IMG/VR virus record: IMGVR_UViG_3300031784_000007 | Reading direction: 5' to 3' (one strand) | Length of the DNA: 64,000 nucleotides | From: a virus | Lineage: Duplodnaviria > Heunggongvirae > Uroviricota > Caudoviricetes | Shown here: one piece after another, positions 10,037 through 20,298 of the stretch | How the letters are laid out: each line of letters begins with the position of its first letter | Numbering within the stretch: the first letter of the stretch is position 1 | Made by a program: the position numbers and the translations under genes | The notes under the pieces: generated by a model | What the model saw: the letters and a program-made list of their open reading frames with translations, nothing else | Databases searched by the model: none | What the model was told of the DNA's origin: nothing

Positions 10037-12187
10037 TTAAATTTCAAAAAGTTGATAATTTTTTAACAAAGAAATTAGTTGTTCAAAAGTTAATGTGTAT
10101 TTTTTAACTTTTGCTGAGTACCCAATATTTTTTTGTATTTTCACGGTTATTGTATTATCAGGTTCCACACCAATAATTATAATCTGTGTGTCTTTTAAAG
10201 TTGGTATGTCTTTTTTAACATTAAAACCAATCTTATCAACAATGTATGATACTATTTTTTGATATTCTTGGATATCATCAAATGCACCATCTTCTTCATC
10301 AAATAAGTTTTCATATAATTCATCTAACAATTTTTCGGATTCAAAATTAAACCTTGCGTCAAAAGTATCATCATCTTTGTATTCATAATAATTATCAAAA
10401 ATATCACTTACCGAGATTTCATCATCAATCGCAGCAGTAATAACGGCTCTAATTGATTTTTGTGGTGAACCATATTTTTCATAAAGTGACAACATATTGT
10501 CAACCGATGTATAATATTTACGAAAACAAACTTTAGATTCAACACCAATTGGTTCTAAAACATTACAATATTCATCATTAACCGCAGCTTCAATTCCAAC
10601 TGTATACGCATCATTAGTAGCATATTCATATTCTTCCGTCATTTTTTCTTTAAACCAATTGTGTGCGTTTAAAATTTCAGCACATTTAGAATAATAATCA
10701 CTCCTATAATTTTTCATCAATTCATCTTTTTGTTGAAATAATTGTGGTGAAATGAGAGTGATAATATTATCTAATTTTTCTTTATTTTCTTGATTTAAAG
10801 ATGTTAAAACATAACCTTCCTTCCAATCTTCCTCGGCAGTATATGAATCAACCCATTCAGTTTGTCTACCATAACTATTACCCGCAAATGACTCTAACTG
10901 TGATATTGTGTATTCGTATAGTTGATGTTTAAATAATTTAAAATAATCTTCAGGGTCAAAAAATAACATAACATTTCCATCAACAATTTCAAAAGTTTCT
11001 TCACCACTTGTAATATTAAACGATGCGTCAATTTTATCTTTTTTATAGTTAAGTAATGTTTGATAATCAGTTCCACCAATGTTTAAAATGTTACTTAATA
11101 TTTCGTCCATTCCTGGCATTGATGCGTATAACACATCAAAATTTGAACGATTGTCTTGTTGGTCCCATACTTCAGGTTTTCCACTTTCAGGTATTCTAAT
11201 GGCAAATTTTGAATTTCTAATGTTGGTTCCTTTTTTATTGATTACATAAACAAATTTTGAATTTCTAGTGTAATCGTCAAAGTATCTTGAACTATCTCTT
11301 GATGAAACACACCATTTTGTTTCCGCACCATAAACACAAGATGCTTGGTAAGTCATTGGTTGAACAATCAAATATTTTTGGTCTTCGTATAATTTTCTTG
11401 ACTCATTCTTGGCTTTTTTAATTTCATCTGTTGTATATGTTCTATTTTTGATTTGACGAAAAAACTCTCTCATCGCATTTATATCTGGATATGCGTTGAT
11501 GTCTTTTGGTGATTTAACAATTTTATTATACGACGAACCAAAATTTTCTAAATCACCTCTCTTCAATCTATTTGCAAATTCTTCGGTGTCTTTTTTGGAA
11601 ACTCTTCTATCAATAAAAATCATTATGTCACTAACCTGAGACATTGAATTTAACAAATTAATCCAATCAAGTTTTTTAATTTCTCTTGCCTGTGATATTA
11701 CCCAAGGCAAATACTTTTTTGTTGAACTTTCATCACGAGCCCAAAGTGAATCAAATATTTCTTTTTTTAAATTTTCATTATCAACATCTTTTCCCCAATC
11801 AATATCCAAACTTTTAAAGTCATTATATAAATCAGTTTGTTTATCTTCTCTTAATAACCCCTCAAATAACGTTCTTAGGTCCTCTGAAGGACCGTTAAGC
11901 ATCACGTCAATATAATGTGACGTTTCCTCAGGTTTATCTTCAACACTACCAAGATATTCACTTTTACCATTATACTCACAATAAATTCCACCTTCAGGTG
12001 TTATGGTTAATGTAAATGTTAATCCGTCACCTTCAATAACATATTGTTCAGTTCCAACATCAGTGTTATCATCATATGTACAAGTAATTCTTTCTGTTGG
12101 GAAATCAAATTTTCCCAAAATCTCTTGTATTTTAGTAATATAAGAAAAATATGAAGCTGGTTGTCCGAAATAACTTATTTGTTCCAT
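10037..12187 (-). CDS. large hypothetical protein carrying a conserved SCxYGAxTKWC...YFDDYT domain (paralogue of 52739-54373)
   Basis: 716-aa ORF; the segment MTYQASCVYGAETKWCVSSRDSSRYFDDYTRNSKFVYVI aligns with the 52739 ORF. Confidence 0.6.
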   Translation of the reverse strand: MEQISYFGQPASYFSYITKIQEILGKFDFPTERITCTYDDNTDVGTEQYVIEGDGLTFTLTITPEGGIYCEYNGKSEYLGSVEDKPEETSHYIDVMLNGPSEDLRTLFEGLLREDKQTDLYNDFKSLDIDWGKDVDNENLKKEIFDSLWARDESSTKKYLPWVISQAREIKKLDWINLLNSMSQVSDIMIFIDRRVSKKDTEEFANRLKRGDLENFGSSYNKIVKSPKDINAYPDINAMREFFRQIKNRTYTTDEIKKAKNESRKLYEDQKYLIVQPMTYQASCVYGAETKWCVSSRDSSRYFDDYTRNSKFVYVINKKGTNIRNSKFAIRIPESGKPEVWDQQDNRSNFDVLYASMPGMDEILSNILNIGGTDYQTLLNYKKDKIDASFNITSGEETFEIVDGNVMLFFDPEDYFKLFKHQLYEYTISQLESFAGNSYGRQTEWVDSYTAEEDWKEGYVLTSLNQENKEKLDNIITLISPQLFQQKDELMKNYRSDYYSKCAEILNAHNWFKEKMTEEYEYATNDAYTVGIEAAVNDEYCNVLEPIGVESKVCFRKYYTSVDNMLSLYEKYGSPQKSIRAVITAAIDDEISVSDIFDNYYEYKDDDTFDARFNFESEKLLDELYENLFDEEDGAFDDIQEYQKIVSYIVDKIGFNVKKDIPTLKDTQIIIIGVEPDNTITVKIQKNIGYSAKVKKYTLTFEQLISLLKNYQLFEI

Positions 12188-12229
12188 TATAAATAAATAC
12201 TTTGATTTGGCACTTTGAGATAATATTTA

Positions 12230-12237
12230 TATCTTTG
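12230..12237 (+). promoter_or_regulatory. Bacteroidetes-type -7 promoter box TAtcTTTG driving the ORF-free region
   Basis: Matches TAnnTTTG; TTTG motifs lie upstream; no ORF follows for about 550 nt. Confidence 0.45.
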
Positions 12238-12245
12238 TATAACAA

Positions 12246-12775
12246 ATCACGGGTGACTCCCTTAATAGTTAAGGCTGACCTTAAGCATCTGACGCAAGTC
12301 TATACAGGGGGCGAAAGTGATTTTAATGTTCTTTGAAAATATGGGGGTGAAATAGAATCGATTGGCGTGGCTAGTCAATGGATGCACGTATGAGCTGAGT
12401 TAACTCATTAAAAACTGATTTAAAAAATTAAACGGCAACGTTTTGAACAAAATGGCAGCTATCGGTTTAATCCGTGAAGATGCTTCTGTATTAGCTTAAT
12501 TGTTAATACAACACAGGTCGGGAGACATATAACCTAGGAACAGAAGTCTTGAAAGATGTGGTTTCTATCTTAAAAGGAACAAACAGGGTGTAGGACATCC
12601 TTTAAGTTCTACCACCGTGGCTGAACGGTGTGAAAATTCAGATATTTTGGATTGTTAGAAAACAATAACCTAAACGTGTAGTATCTTTTGGTTGGGACGA
12701 ACAAGACCGCAGGGCGGTACTGCGCACTTCCACTAAACAAATTAAAGTGGTCTAATTTGACCACTTTTTTTTTTG
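12246..12775 (+). ncRNA. candidate structured non-coding RNA (about 520 nt), family unassigned
   Basis: No ORF of 60 aa or longer in any frame; GC visibly higher than flanks; many local hairpins (ccttaa/ttaagg, caccg...cggtg, cgcag...ctgcg, GNRA-type GCGAAAG and GTGAAAT loops); bounded by a -7 box at 12230 and an intrinsic terminator at 12745-12774. Confidence 0.4.
12745..12774 (+). terminator. intrinsic terminator (AAGTGGTC / GACCACTT stem plus T-run)
   Basis: 8-bp perfect stem, 6-nt loop, 9-10 T residues. Confidence 0.7.
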
Positions 12776-12794
12776 TAAATTAAAAAAATTGTCG

Positions 12795-12802
12795 TATCTT
12801 TG
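12795..12802 (+). promoter_or_regulatory. -7 promoter box TAtcTTTG
   Basis: Lies 20 nt upstream of ATG 12823. Confidence 0.45.
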
Positions 12803-12822
12803 TATTGTTAATCACTACCACT

Positions 12823-13563
12823 ATGACAAACACAACCACTAAACTCAACGCCAAAATCAGAAACTACAACGGTCAAAATGACTTCGTTCGCAAAATGAAA
12901 CAAGTAGTATTCCAATACGGAGGACTAACTGAAAAACAAGCCCAAGCAGCTGAAAAAGCATTGGCCGAACCAACAAAAGTTGAGACACGTTTCCTACCTG
13001 ACAATATGAGAAAAATCGCTGACTACTCAGGTGAAAACACCTTCGTGTTGGATGTAAAAGGTAAGTTCCTTAAATACGGTACTTTGTCAGACGCACAAGT
13101 ATCTGCAGCAAACAAACAAATCCAAAAAGAAAATGACGACAAAAACCGAATGGACGTGAACATTGACGTAATCGGTGAAACAATCGTGGTAGGTCGTAAC
13201 ACAGGTGAGGACTTGAAAAAACAAAAAGGTTTGAACTTCAACCCACTTTTGTTGGACATCACTGAGGTTGTTACCTTGACTGCAAAAGCGGTAAAATTCA
13301 AAGGTAAATTGACAACCAAAAACTGTGGTGTCTGCAAATCATGTGGTCGTACCTTGACCGATGAGTTCTCTCGTCTAACAGGATACGGTAAGACATGTGC
13401 AAAACACTTGAGAGTTGAGTACATCAAAGACAAGTCTGAAGTTGAACGTTTCAACCAAGATGTACTTGCAAGAATTGAAGAGATTGGTGAAATGGAATTT
13501 TGGGTTCCTCGTCGTCAAATCAAAGTGTGGAACGGAGTTTCAGCAATGTTGTTGAAATTCTAA
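12823..13563 (+). CDS. hypothetical protein with C-terminal zinc-ribbon (CGVCKSCGR...GKTCAKH)
   Basis: ORF-track start at TTG 12805; an in-frame ATG at 12823 downstream of the promoter box is preferred. Confidence 0.5.
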   Translation: MTNTTTKLNAKIRNYNGQNDFVRKMKQVVFQYGGLTEKQAQAAEKALAEPTKVETRFLPDNMRKIADYSGENTFVLDVKGKFLKYGTLSDAQVSAANKQIQKENDDKNRMDVNIDVIGETIVVGRNTGEDLKKQKGLNFNPLLLDITEVVTLTAKAVKFKGKLTTKNCGVCKSCGRTLTDEFSRLTGYGKTCAKHLRVEYIKDKSEVERFNQDVLARIEEIGEMEFWVPRRQIKVWNGVSAMLLKF

Positions 13564-13580
13564 TAAACAAAAACCGATAA

Positions 13581-14135
13581 GTGTTTGATACTTCGGTATC
13601 AAATACTTATCATTACACAAAGTATATGGAAAAAGTATTAGTATTAAACAGCGATTACACACCCTTGAACGTAACAACAATGCGTAGAGGATTTGTATTG
13701 GTTGATAAAGGTAAAGCTGAGGTATTGAAGAAGGATGAGAATCCCATTATTACCACTATTGGTAACTTTGTAAGACCTATCATCATTAGATTGCTCAGTT
13801 ATATCAGAATTAAGAAAAACGCTAAAGATATCAAGATTTCCCGTTCACGAGTTTATCAAAGGGACGATTATGCTTGTGTATATTGTGGAGGATTAAAGAA
13901 ATTAACGATTGACCATGTCATACCAAAATCTCGTGGTGGTGATAACACTTGGGAAAACATGGTCACTTGTTGTTTTGATTGTAACTCAAGGAAGGGGAGT
14001 AAGACACCTGAAGAGGCTGGTCTGAAATTTAGGGTTCGTCCTTATAGACCCTCCGTTTTTTCTGAATTGGTTGCAGGTCGTGCCGCACATATTTGGGAAG
14101 AGTTTCAACAAGACTTCTTTAGTTATCCAAAATAA
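13581..14135 (+). CDS. HNH endonuclease
   Basis: YACVYCGG...LTIDHVIPKSRGGDNTWENMVTCCFDCNSRKG is the classic HNH/zinc-finger core. Confidence 0.8.
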   Translation: MFDTSVSNTYHYTKYMEKVLVLNSDYTPLNVTTMRRGFVLVDKGKAEVLKKDENPIITTIGNFVRPIIIRLLSYIRIKKNAKDIKISRSRVYQRDDYACVYCGGLKKLTIDHVIPKSRGGDNTWENMVTCCFDCNSRKGSKTPEEAGLKFRVRPYRPSVFSELVAGRAAHIWEEFQQDFFSYPK

Positions 14136-14140
14136 TTTCT

Positions 14141-14148
14141 TATCTTTG
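14141..14148 (+). promoter_or_regulatory. -7 promoter box TAtcTTTG upstream of tRNA-Leu
   Basis: TAnnTTTG, 15 nt before the tRNA 5' end. Confidence 0.45.
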
Positions 14149-14162
14149 TATAAGAAATAATT

Positions 14163-14248
14163 GCTTGGGTGGCGGAATAGGTAGACGCGCTGGACTTAAA
14201 ATCCAGTGAACAGTAATGTTCGTACGGGTTCGATTCCCGTCTCAAGTA
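14163..14248 (+). tRNA. tRNA-Leu (anticodon TAA), type II with long variable arm
   Basis: Manual cloverleaf: acceptor gcttggg/ctcaagt (two GU pairs), 3-bp D-stem gcg/cgc, anticodon stem ctgga/tccag with loop cTTAAaa, variable arm tgaacagtaatgttcgt, T arm acggg-TTCGATT-cccgt. Confidence 0.7.
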
Positions 14249-14255
14249 CTAAAAG

Positions 14256-14283
14256 AAAAAGGTGTCTCACGACACCTTTTCTT
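14256..14283 (+). terminator. intrinsic terminator (GGTGTC tcac GACACC plus T-run), A-run on the other side so probably bidirectional
   Basis: 6-bp GC-rich stem with a tetraloop, flanked by AAAAAG and TTTTCTT. Confidence 0.65.
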
Positions 14284-14319
14284 AGATTTAGGACCCCTCC
14301 TTTCAATTAAATGTTTATC

Positions 14320-14958
14320 CTATATGGAATTCCGAATCTCTTCGGCTTTAGCATCCATTTTATCGGACACCTTTTTGAGTTCTGAACAAATTTCTCCCAT
14401 CATTTTATCTTGTAAATCTCTGTGGAAATTATCATCACCCATGATTGTTTGAACTGAAGATTTAAATACCTGACCTGTTTTTGACCCTAATTCGGTATCA
14501 ATCCCTGTTGCCAAGATATTATCACCAAAACCTTGTATCATTCCTTTAGACACTTTGTCTGTTAAAAATCTACAATCAGAAAAAAGTTTTGGAACATCTT
14601 CATCACTTACATTTTCAATTTCTACTTTTACTGCATTTCTTACCCAACCATCAAATTCCATTTTATCTGAAATCCAATCGGCCAATCTTGATTTAACTGT
14701 TCCAAAAAACTCACTATCAAAATCACCAAACAAACCTTGTAACATATTGAACAAAGATTCGTTAATTAGTTTATTTGAAAAGTTTTTGTTTTGGAATGTA
14801 TTAACTTTATGTATGGTAGTCTCAATTAGAGAATCTATATCAGAACAATTTTTTAAAGTTCCAAAATGACCATCAAGTATTTTACTCTCAATCACCAAAG
14901 AATTTTTGTTCTGTTTTTCTTCTAATAAAGCCCCACGCAATTTATTTCTAAGATTCAT
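14320..14958 (-). CDS. hypothetical protein (uses TAG as its stop codon)
   Basis: 212-aa ORF; the stop codon on the minus strand is TAG (plus-strand cta at 14320-14322). Confidence 0.5.
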   Translation of the reverse strand: MNLRNKLRGALLEEKQNKNSLVIESKILDGHFGTLKNCSDIDSLIETTIHKVNTFQNKNFSNKLINESLFNMLQGLFGDFDSEFFGTVKSRLADWISDKMEFDGWVRNAVKVEIENVSDEDVPKLFSDCRFLTDKVSKGMIQGFGDNILATGIDTELGSKTGQVFKSSVQTIMGDDNFHRDLQDKMMGEICSELKKVSDKMDAKAEEIRNSI

Positions 14959-14980
14959 AACTATAAATATATGGTTGTAA

Positions 14981-16285
14981 TTAAATATCCAAATAATATG
15001 GACTATCTTTATCTTGTTGGATTCTAAATCTCTGTGAAATTAATGTATCTAACTTAGCTCTGTCTTTTAAATCAGAAGATTTCTGACAATATAATATTTT
15101 GTCTTTAATTGGTCTTAATTGTGCGTCAGTTATATTTGGCGCTTGGTTTACCTTTTTCAATCTTCTGTAATTTAATGCTTGTTCGGAATAATAATCAAAC
15201 AATGATTTACAAGTTGCGTAAGCAGGTATACCAGTACCAACAGCATTTGCGTAATCATTTAAATACTTTAACTCAATTGGTGTTGATGTTGTAGTATTTG
15301 TTGGTGGTGCAGTTGTTTTTTGTCCCGAAGATGAGACACACAACTTTTTGTATTGTTCAATACTACATATTAATTCTTTACTGATATTACCATTGGTATT
15401 ATCTAATCCGTTTTTACCTTTATAATCAATTATAAACTTATCAAAATCATCAGTAAAATAAGGTGTACTATCTTTTGTATAACCTAAAGCTTTTTTAATT
15501 CTGGCAACTGTATCGCTTTTTTCTCCCCTTATTACTTCATCACCACCACCAATTACTGATGTAATTATTTTACCTGAAGCGTTTTTGTAGTTGTCATCTT
15601 CAGTTTGTTTTTTTGGAATGCCATTAACAACATTAACAACAACTATTTTTGATGCTTGTTCTAAAATTTGTGATAAACCACTACTTCTTTTTAATTGAAT
15701 TCCCTCATATAATGTTAAGTAGTTTTGTAGACTTGGTAAATGAAGGTCAATTTTACTTTGTATATCTTCATCTGTTTTATATTTAGAAATATTTTTACCA
15801 TATAACGATAAAATTGCTCCAACATATGAAGTTTCTTCATTAAAGTTTTTACTTAAAAAATGTTTAATTTTATTACTTACTTGTTGATTGTATTCTAAAT
15901 TGAATTTTTCATTATTAACTGATAAAAAATTTACTGATTCATTAAATTTATCAAATATTTCTTTTGCTTTGTCTACGGTTTCTGATTGTTGTGCTGCACC
16001 ACCACCTGACGTTAAAGATTGTTGATACTCATTACCATACTTTTGGTATGCAGTTCTAATTGTATTATTGTTAAATGGTCCTGTCGCTGATAAATTTATT
16101 TGCGTTGCATATGCCGCATCAGTTTGTCTAACCCACGCTCTAAACGCATCACCTTCAGCTTGTGTTTTAAACGGTGTTGAAGGTAATTGGGTACCTCCTG
16201 AATTCTCACCTGTGTTAGTGTTAGTTTTTTGAGGTTTACCAGTTTTTTTTGGTTTGTCTTCTAATAATATTTTTTCTAATCCCAT
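14981..16285 (-). CDS. hypothetical protein
   Basis: 434-aa ORF in a co-oriented block, possibly structural or internal virion protein. Confidence 0.5.
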   Translation of the reverse strand: MGLEKILLEDKPKKTGKPQKTNTNTGENSGGTQLPSTPFKTQAEGDAFRAWVRQTDAAYATQINLSATGPFNNNTIRTAYQKYGNEYQQSLTSGGGAAQQSETVDKAKEIFDKFNESVNFLSVNNEKFNLEYNQQVSNKIKHFLSKNFNEETSYVGAILSLYGKNISKYKTDEDIQSKIDLHLPSLQNYLTLYEGIQLKRSSGLSQILEQASKIVVVNVVNGIPKKQTEDDNYKNASGKIITSVIGGGDEVIRGEKSDTVARIKKALGYTKDSTPYFTDDFDKFIIDYKGKNGLDNTNGNISKELICSIEQYKKLCVSSSGQKTTAPPTNTTTSTPIELKYLNDYANAVGTGIPAYATCKSLFDYYSEQALNYRRLKKVNQAPNITDAQLRPIKDKILYCQKSSDLKDRAKLDTLISQRFRIQQDKDSPYYLDI

Positions 16286-16290
16286 GATAA

Positions 16291-17613
16291 TTATTGTTCA
16301 AGATATTTAAAACTGTTGCCGTCCTCAGTGTATTTATAATCAACACCATTTACATCTGTTACAATATAAACATTACCTTCTTTATTGAATTTTTCTTTAC
16401 CAGTGTAGTCAGCTCCCCAATCTTTTTTAATAAATTCTTTAAAATTAAATAATGGGTCAACCTTCTGTATTTGTTTTTTACCTTTATCCCACAATTTATT
16501 AGCCGATTCCATTGAAATGTTTTCAGATAGCATATCTTTGGTATCCGATAAGAATGTTGCTGGTAACCAAAGTGGTGTGTAAAAAAACTTCATACCAATT
16601 TTACTTATAAAGTATTCTTGCCATTCAGTTAAAGCAACTTCTTTTTGGGTGTCAGTCATTGTTTCCCATTCAGGATACTTGGTGTTAACCCATTTTGTAA
16701 AAAGTGCATCTTTAATTCTTAAACTCTGAATTATTGAGTATCCGCTAATTACTAACCCGATTGTAAAATACCACTGTAGTACTCCTGTCAATTTATTACC
16801 TTCAAATTTATAATTTTTCAAAAACTTAGTTATCCATGATGTTTTATAATTTGCTGGTAACTCATCATAAATTTTTTGAATATCATTGGTTAAATATGTT
16901 AAAACATTTTCATATGTGGGTTCGTTAACATTTTTAACAATTTTATTATATAAACCATCTAAAAACTCTTGAGCATTTCTTTTTTTAGTTATTGCATTAA
17001 ATTGGTCTTTTGTATTTGGGTCGGTAAGTAATTCAACTAAAGCATCATCTGCGTTTTTAGTTATTGTATTTTTACCAACTTTGATTTCTTCGTATACCCA
17101 ATTAAATATTTTTTTCTGTGTTAGAATAGATGGGTCAGTTAAAAGTGAGTTTGTAATTTTTTTAATATTTACTATGTCTTCTATACCTACTTTTTTCAAA
17201 AATAATTTAAAGTCATCGTATTCTAGAGCTCCTAAATCTTTAAGTAATGGTTTGTTTATTAATAAATTATCAACAAAAGTTTTTTCTAATTTAGTATTGC
17301 TATTTATTAATTTTAAAAATTTTGATATTGCGTCTTCTTTAGTTGAAGTAGCTAATTCAGAAACTATTTTACTAGCTCTTGCAAATTCATCATCAACATT
17401 TGTTATATTTTTACCTAAATTAGGAAACTCAGTCAAAAAATCATCAATTGAATTTGCGAACACATTTTTTTCGGCTCTTGAAAATGTTTTAATTCCTGAT
17501 AGTACGTTATCTAATACACTTAAAACTGTTGGGAGTAATCCTTCAGCTTCCGTTATCAACATCAATTCTCTATATCTTTTGATTTCACTAATAATATTTT
17601 GTTTCATAATCAT
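16291..17613 (-). CDS. hypothetical protein
   Basis: 440-aa ORF, tightly packed with its neighbours. Confidence 0.5.
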   Translation of the reverse strand: MIMKQNIISEIKRYRELMLITEAEGLLPTVLSVLDNVLSGIKTFSRAEKNVFANSIDDFLTEFPNLGKNITNVDDEFARASKIVSELATSTKEDAISKFLKLINSNTKLEKTFVDNLLINKPLLKDLGALEYDDFKLFLKKVGIEDIVNIKKITNSLLTDPSILTQKKIFNWVYEEIKVGKNTITKNADDALVELLTDPNTKDQFNAITKKRNAQEFLDGLYNKIVKNVNEPTYENVLTYLTNDIQKIYDELPANYKTSWITKFLKNYKFEGNKLTGVLQWYFTIGLVISGYSIIQSLRIKDALFTKWVNTKYPEWETMTDTQKEVALTEWQEYFISKIGMKFFYTPLWLPATFLSDTKDMLSENISMESANKLWDKGKKQIQKVDPLFNFKEFIKKDWGADYTGKEKFNKEGNVYIVTDVNGVDYKYTEDGNSFKYLEQ

Positions 17614-17631
17614 ATAAATATATTGTAAAAG

Positions 17632-19569
17632 TTATTTATTTGTTTGTGTAGTATCAGCATTGATAAATAAATTCTTTTCATCTGGTTTTAATTCAACATC
17701 AAACATACCTGATAAATCAATTTCATTATCCATATTATTAATTGTTGTGTCTAAACCATTTGTAATTTTTTCTAAGAAAGTATTATATTCATTTTTAGCG
17801 GTGTTTTCTTTTATCTTATTAATAATCTTTCTTTTTTCCTTAATATCATCAAGAATTTCTTTAGCGTTATTGAATTTTTTTTCGGTAAATAACTTTTCAA
17901 AATTTGTTTTTAATTGATTTTGTTCATTTTCTGTTAGGGTCTGGTCCGCAGACAATGAGTTAAAGATTAAATCAAACATTTCCAATCTAGTTTTAGATTG
18001 TATTTCTGCATCATCCAATGTATCCCAAAGAGAATATAAGGCTAATCCTGTTACACCAAGTTCAGCACCTATTTTTTGACCAATTATGTTAGATTTAACA
18101 GGACTTGATTTTACAAGTTCTTTAATTTTATTCTGTGCGTTTATATTTTTTACTGAATTTATTACCTTTTCTAAATTACCTGTTTTTGATAACGCATCCA
18201 TTATTTTTAACTCTTCGTCAGTCAATGTTTTGAATACATTTGCAACATCACTTTTTGTAGCGTTTGCAAACTTTTTGGCCAAGTTTGTGGCCTCCGAAGG
18301 ACTAACTTTAATACCAAATGATGCAAATGGTGTAAATGCAAGTATGGTACTTAACAAAGCTCCCGCAGAATCACCTGAATCTGATTGTATTTTTGCTGCA
18401 ACTAAATCTAAACCAAGAGATGCTAAATAAGCAATTAAATTACCTTTACCAAGTACGCTAACAATTATGGAAACCCCATTTAGTATTAAAGGACCATATT
18501 CTTCAATAAATGATGCATTACCATATCTTAATTTATCGTAAGGAATTAATTTATCATTTGATTTGAAATAATATTTTTTTGATATTTCGTAATTTCCTTC
18601 GTTATTTACATATAAATTTTTTTTCCAAACATATTCATCATATGGTGGTGGTAGTATAAAATCTTTTACAGTATCTTTAATTTTACTAAATATCAATTGA
18701 TATAAATCACCATTTTTAGGTGCGTTACCTGATTGATAAAGTCCTTTAGGTGAATTTGTAAAACGTCTTAATTCATCATCTGTCAATTTGGTTATAAATG
18801 ATTTTTTAATTGAGTCTACCGAATTAAAATCTTCGTAAGTAAAATAACTAACTTTACTATTTTTTGGTAGGTCAACATCACCATATTCATTAAAGGATGC
18901 AAATTTTGTTTTACCATATTTATCATTCAATTTTTTAACCTCTTGGCAGTACTCGGGATAGTACGCACAGCTACCCGAATTTTTTTGATATTGTATAATA
19001 TAATCATCCAATTCTTTTCCTGATAAACCACTCCCATATGGTGAAACCATTTTTTTGGTACCAACACCAAATTGTTTTTTTAGTTCGGCTAATTCTCTTT
19101 GATATAAAGATTCAATATTTTTAAGTTGTTCTTTTTGTTTTAAAACCGGTGTTAATTTTTCTTGTTGTTTTGGGTCATACTCAGGAAATTGTTGTTGGAA
19201 TCTTCCACCTGGTCCTAAGTAGTCTGATTGAGGTATTTGAGGCTTTTCAAATTTTGGAATTTGAGTTGTTTGTGTTTTTGGCATCTGAGAAACAATTTTA
19301 TTAATGTTTCTTCCTGCCAATGCTGTTTGAATTTTATTAAAATCAGCGGTTTGTGGGTATTGATTATTTGTAATGTTTGGGTATATATCTTTTGCTGGTA
19401 TGTTTGAGTTGTTAGTTCCAGGATACCCAACCAATTTACCTGATGGTGTGTAATAATATCCACCTTGTTCCAATATTATTTCTCTGTTTTCAGAAAGCGT
19501 TTTTGAAGAATCATACCTCATACAAAGTAAAATTTCATTTAATATGTCTTGTGGATTCTGATTACTCAT
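17632..19569 (-). CDS. large hypothetical protein with Gly/Ala-rich hydrophobic segments (membrane or tape-measure-like)
   Basis: 645-aa ORF with hydrophobic stretches GPLILNGVSIIVSVLGKGNLIAYLASLGLDLVAA. Confidence 0.5.
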   Translation of the reverse strand: MSNQNPQDILNEILLCMRYDSSKTLSENREIILEQGGYYYTPSGKLVGYPGTNNSNIPAKDIYPNITNNQYPQTADFNKIQTALAGRNINKIVSQMPKTQTTQIPKFEKPQIPQSDYLGPGGRFQQQFPEYDPKQQEKLTPVLKQKEQLKNIESLYQRELAELKKQFGVGTKKMVSPYGSGLSGKELDDYIIQYQKNSGSCAYYPEYCQEVKKLNDKYGKTKFASFNEYGDVDLPKNSKVSYFTYEDFNSVDSIKKSFITKLTDDELRRFTNSPKGLYQSGNAPKNGDLYQLIFSKIKDTVKDFILPPPYDEYVWKKNLYVNNEGNYEISKKYYFKSNDKLIPYDKLRYGNASFIEEYGPLILNGVSIIVSVLGKGNLIAYLASLGLDLVAAKIQSDSGDSAGALLSTILAFTPFASFGIKVSPSEATNLAKKFANATKSDVANVFKTLTDEELKIMDALSKTGNLEKVINSVKNINAQNKIKELVKSSPVKSNIIGQKIGAELGVTGLALYSLWDTLDDAEIQSKTRLEMFDLIFNSLSADQTLTENEQNQLKTNFEKLFTEKKFNNAKEILDDIKEKRKIINKIKENTAKNEYNTFLEKITNGLDTTINNMDNEIDLSGMFDVELKPDEKNLFINADTTQTNK

Positions 19570-19913
19570 TATAGTAATGTATTACCTTTACCTCTTTTAG
19601 TTCCTGATTCCCATTTGGTAACACCAATTTGATTAGATTTACTTCTTGTTAATCCTGATTCCCATTTAGTGGTTCCAACAGGATTTGCTTTACCTCTTGA
19701 CACACCTGATTCCCATTTGGTTACTGATGGGTATCCTTTTCCACCTTCCGCTCCTCCCGATGAACTTGAAGATGAAGAACTTGACGAAGGTGTTGATGGT
19801 TCTGATGGTGTAGAAGCCGCAGCTGGTTCAGCGGCAGGTTCTTCATCCTCTACCATCATCAGTTGTTTAATTCTTTTCAATTCCTCGTTAAGCATTACCA
19901 ATAAATACAACAA
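19569..19913 (-). CDS. small protein with three tandem TKWESG(x)12 repeats
   Basis: VTKWESGVSRGKANPVG / TTKWESGLTRSKSNQIG / VTKWESGTKRGKGNTLL; DNA periodicity of about 51 nt at 19605-19760. Confidence 0.5.
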   Translation of the reverse strand: MLYLLVMLNEELKRIKQLMMVEDEEPAAEPAAASTPSEPSTPSSSSSSSSSSGGAEGGKGYPSVTKWESGVSRGKANPVGTTKWESGLTRSKSNQIGVTKWESGTKRGKGNTLL

Positions 19914-19922
19914 TATTGTATA

Positions 19923-20255
19923 TTATTCGTATTCTGCGGGTGGAATTTTGTCAGGGTAAACAATATAAAATTCATTTAGAAATGACATAAGTTCATCTTC
20001 ATCCAAATATTCAGGGAACTCGTTGTTAATTTCTAATGAATCTTCTTCAAATAACCAGTCAGTAACTGGCGCTAAGTAATCGTATCCAAACTCTTCAAAG
20101 AAGTTGTTTTCAATTACATCTGTCCTAACCATGTCTTCTTCATCATTCATTAATCTAAAGGTGACTTCAGTAATGTTTTCGGATTGGTGGTAGGAAATAA
20201 TTTCTACTATTTCCATTTTGTTTTGTTGTAAAAAATATTTATCTTTGCTTATCAA
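19923..20255 (-). CDS. hypothetical acidic protein
   Basis: 110-aa ORF. Confidence 0.4.
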   Translation of the reverse strand: MISKDKYFLQQNKMEIVEIISYHQSENITEVTFRLMNDEEDMVRTDVIENNFFEEFGYDYLAPVTDWLFEEDSLEINNEFPEYLDEDELMSFLNEFYIVYPDKIPPAEYE

Positions 20256-20298
20256 AATATCTTAATAATTTACAAAAGACACATTAAACCAAAAAAAT

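Noticed and set aside
12246-12775. tmRNA hypothesis for the ORF-free structured region (it contains a short frame ...AAIGLIREDASVLA-stop)
   Set aside because: No GGGG...UUCGAC 5' tRNA-like half, no GGTTCGA T-arm or CCA-proximal acceptor at the 3' end, and the putative tag does not end in the near-universal AA/AV dipeptide.
14216-14452. 78-aa ORF overlapping tRNA-Leu and the terminator
   Set aside because: Lies on tRNA and terminator sequence; no coding signal.
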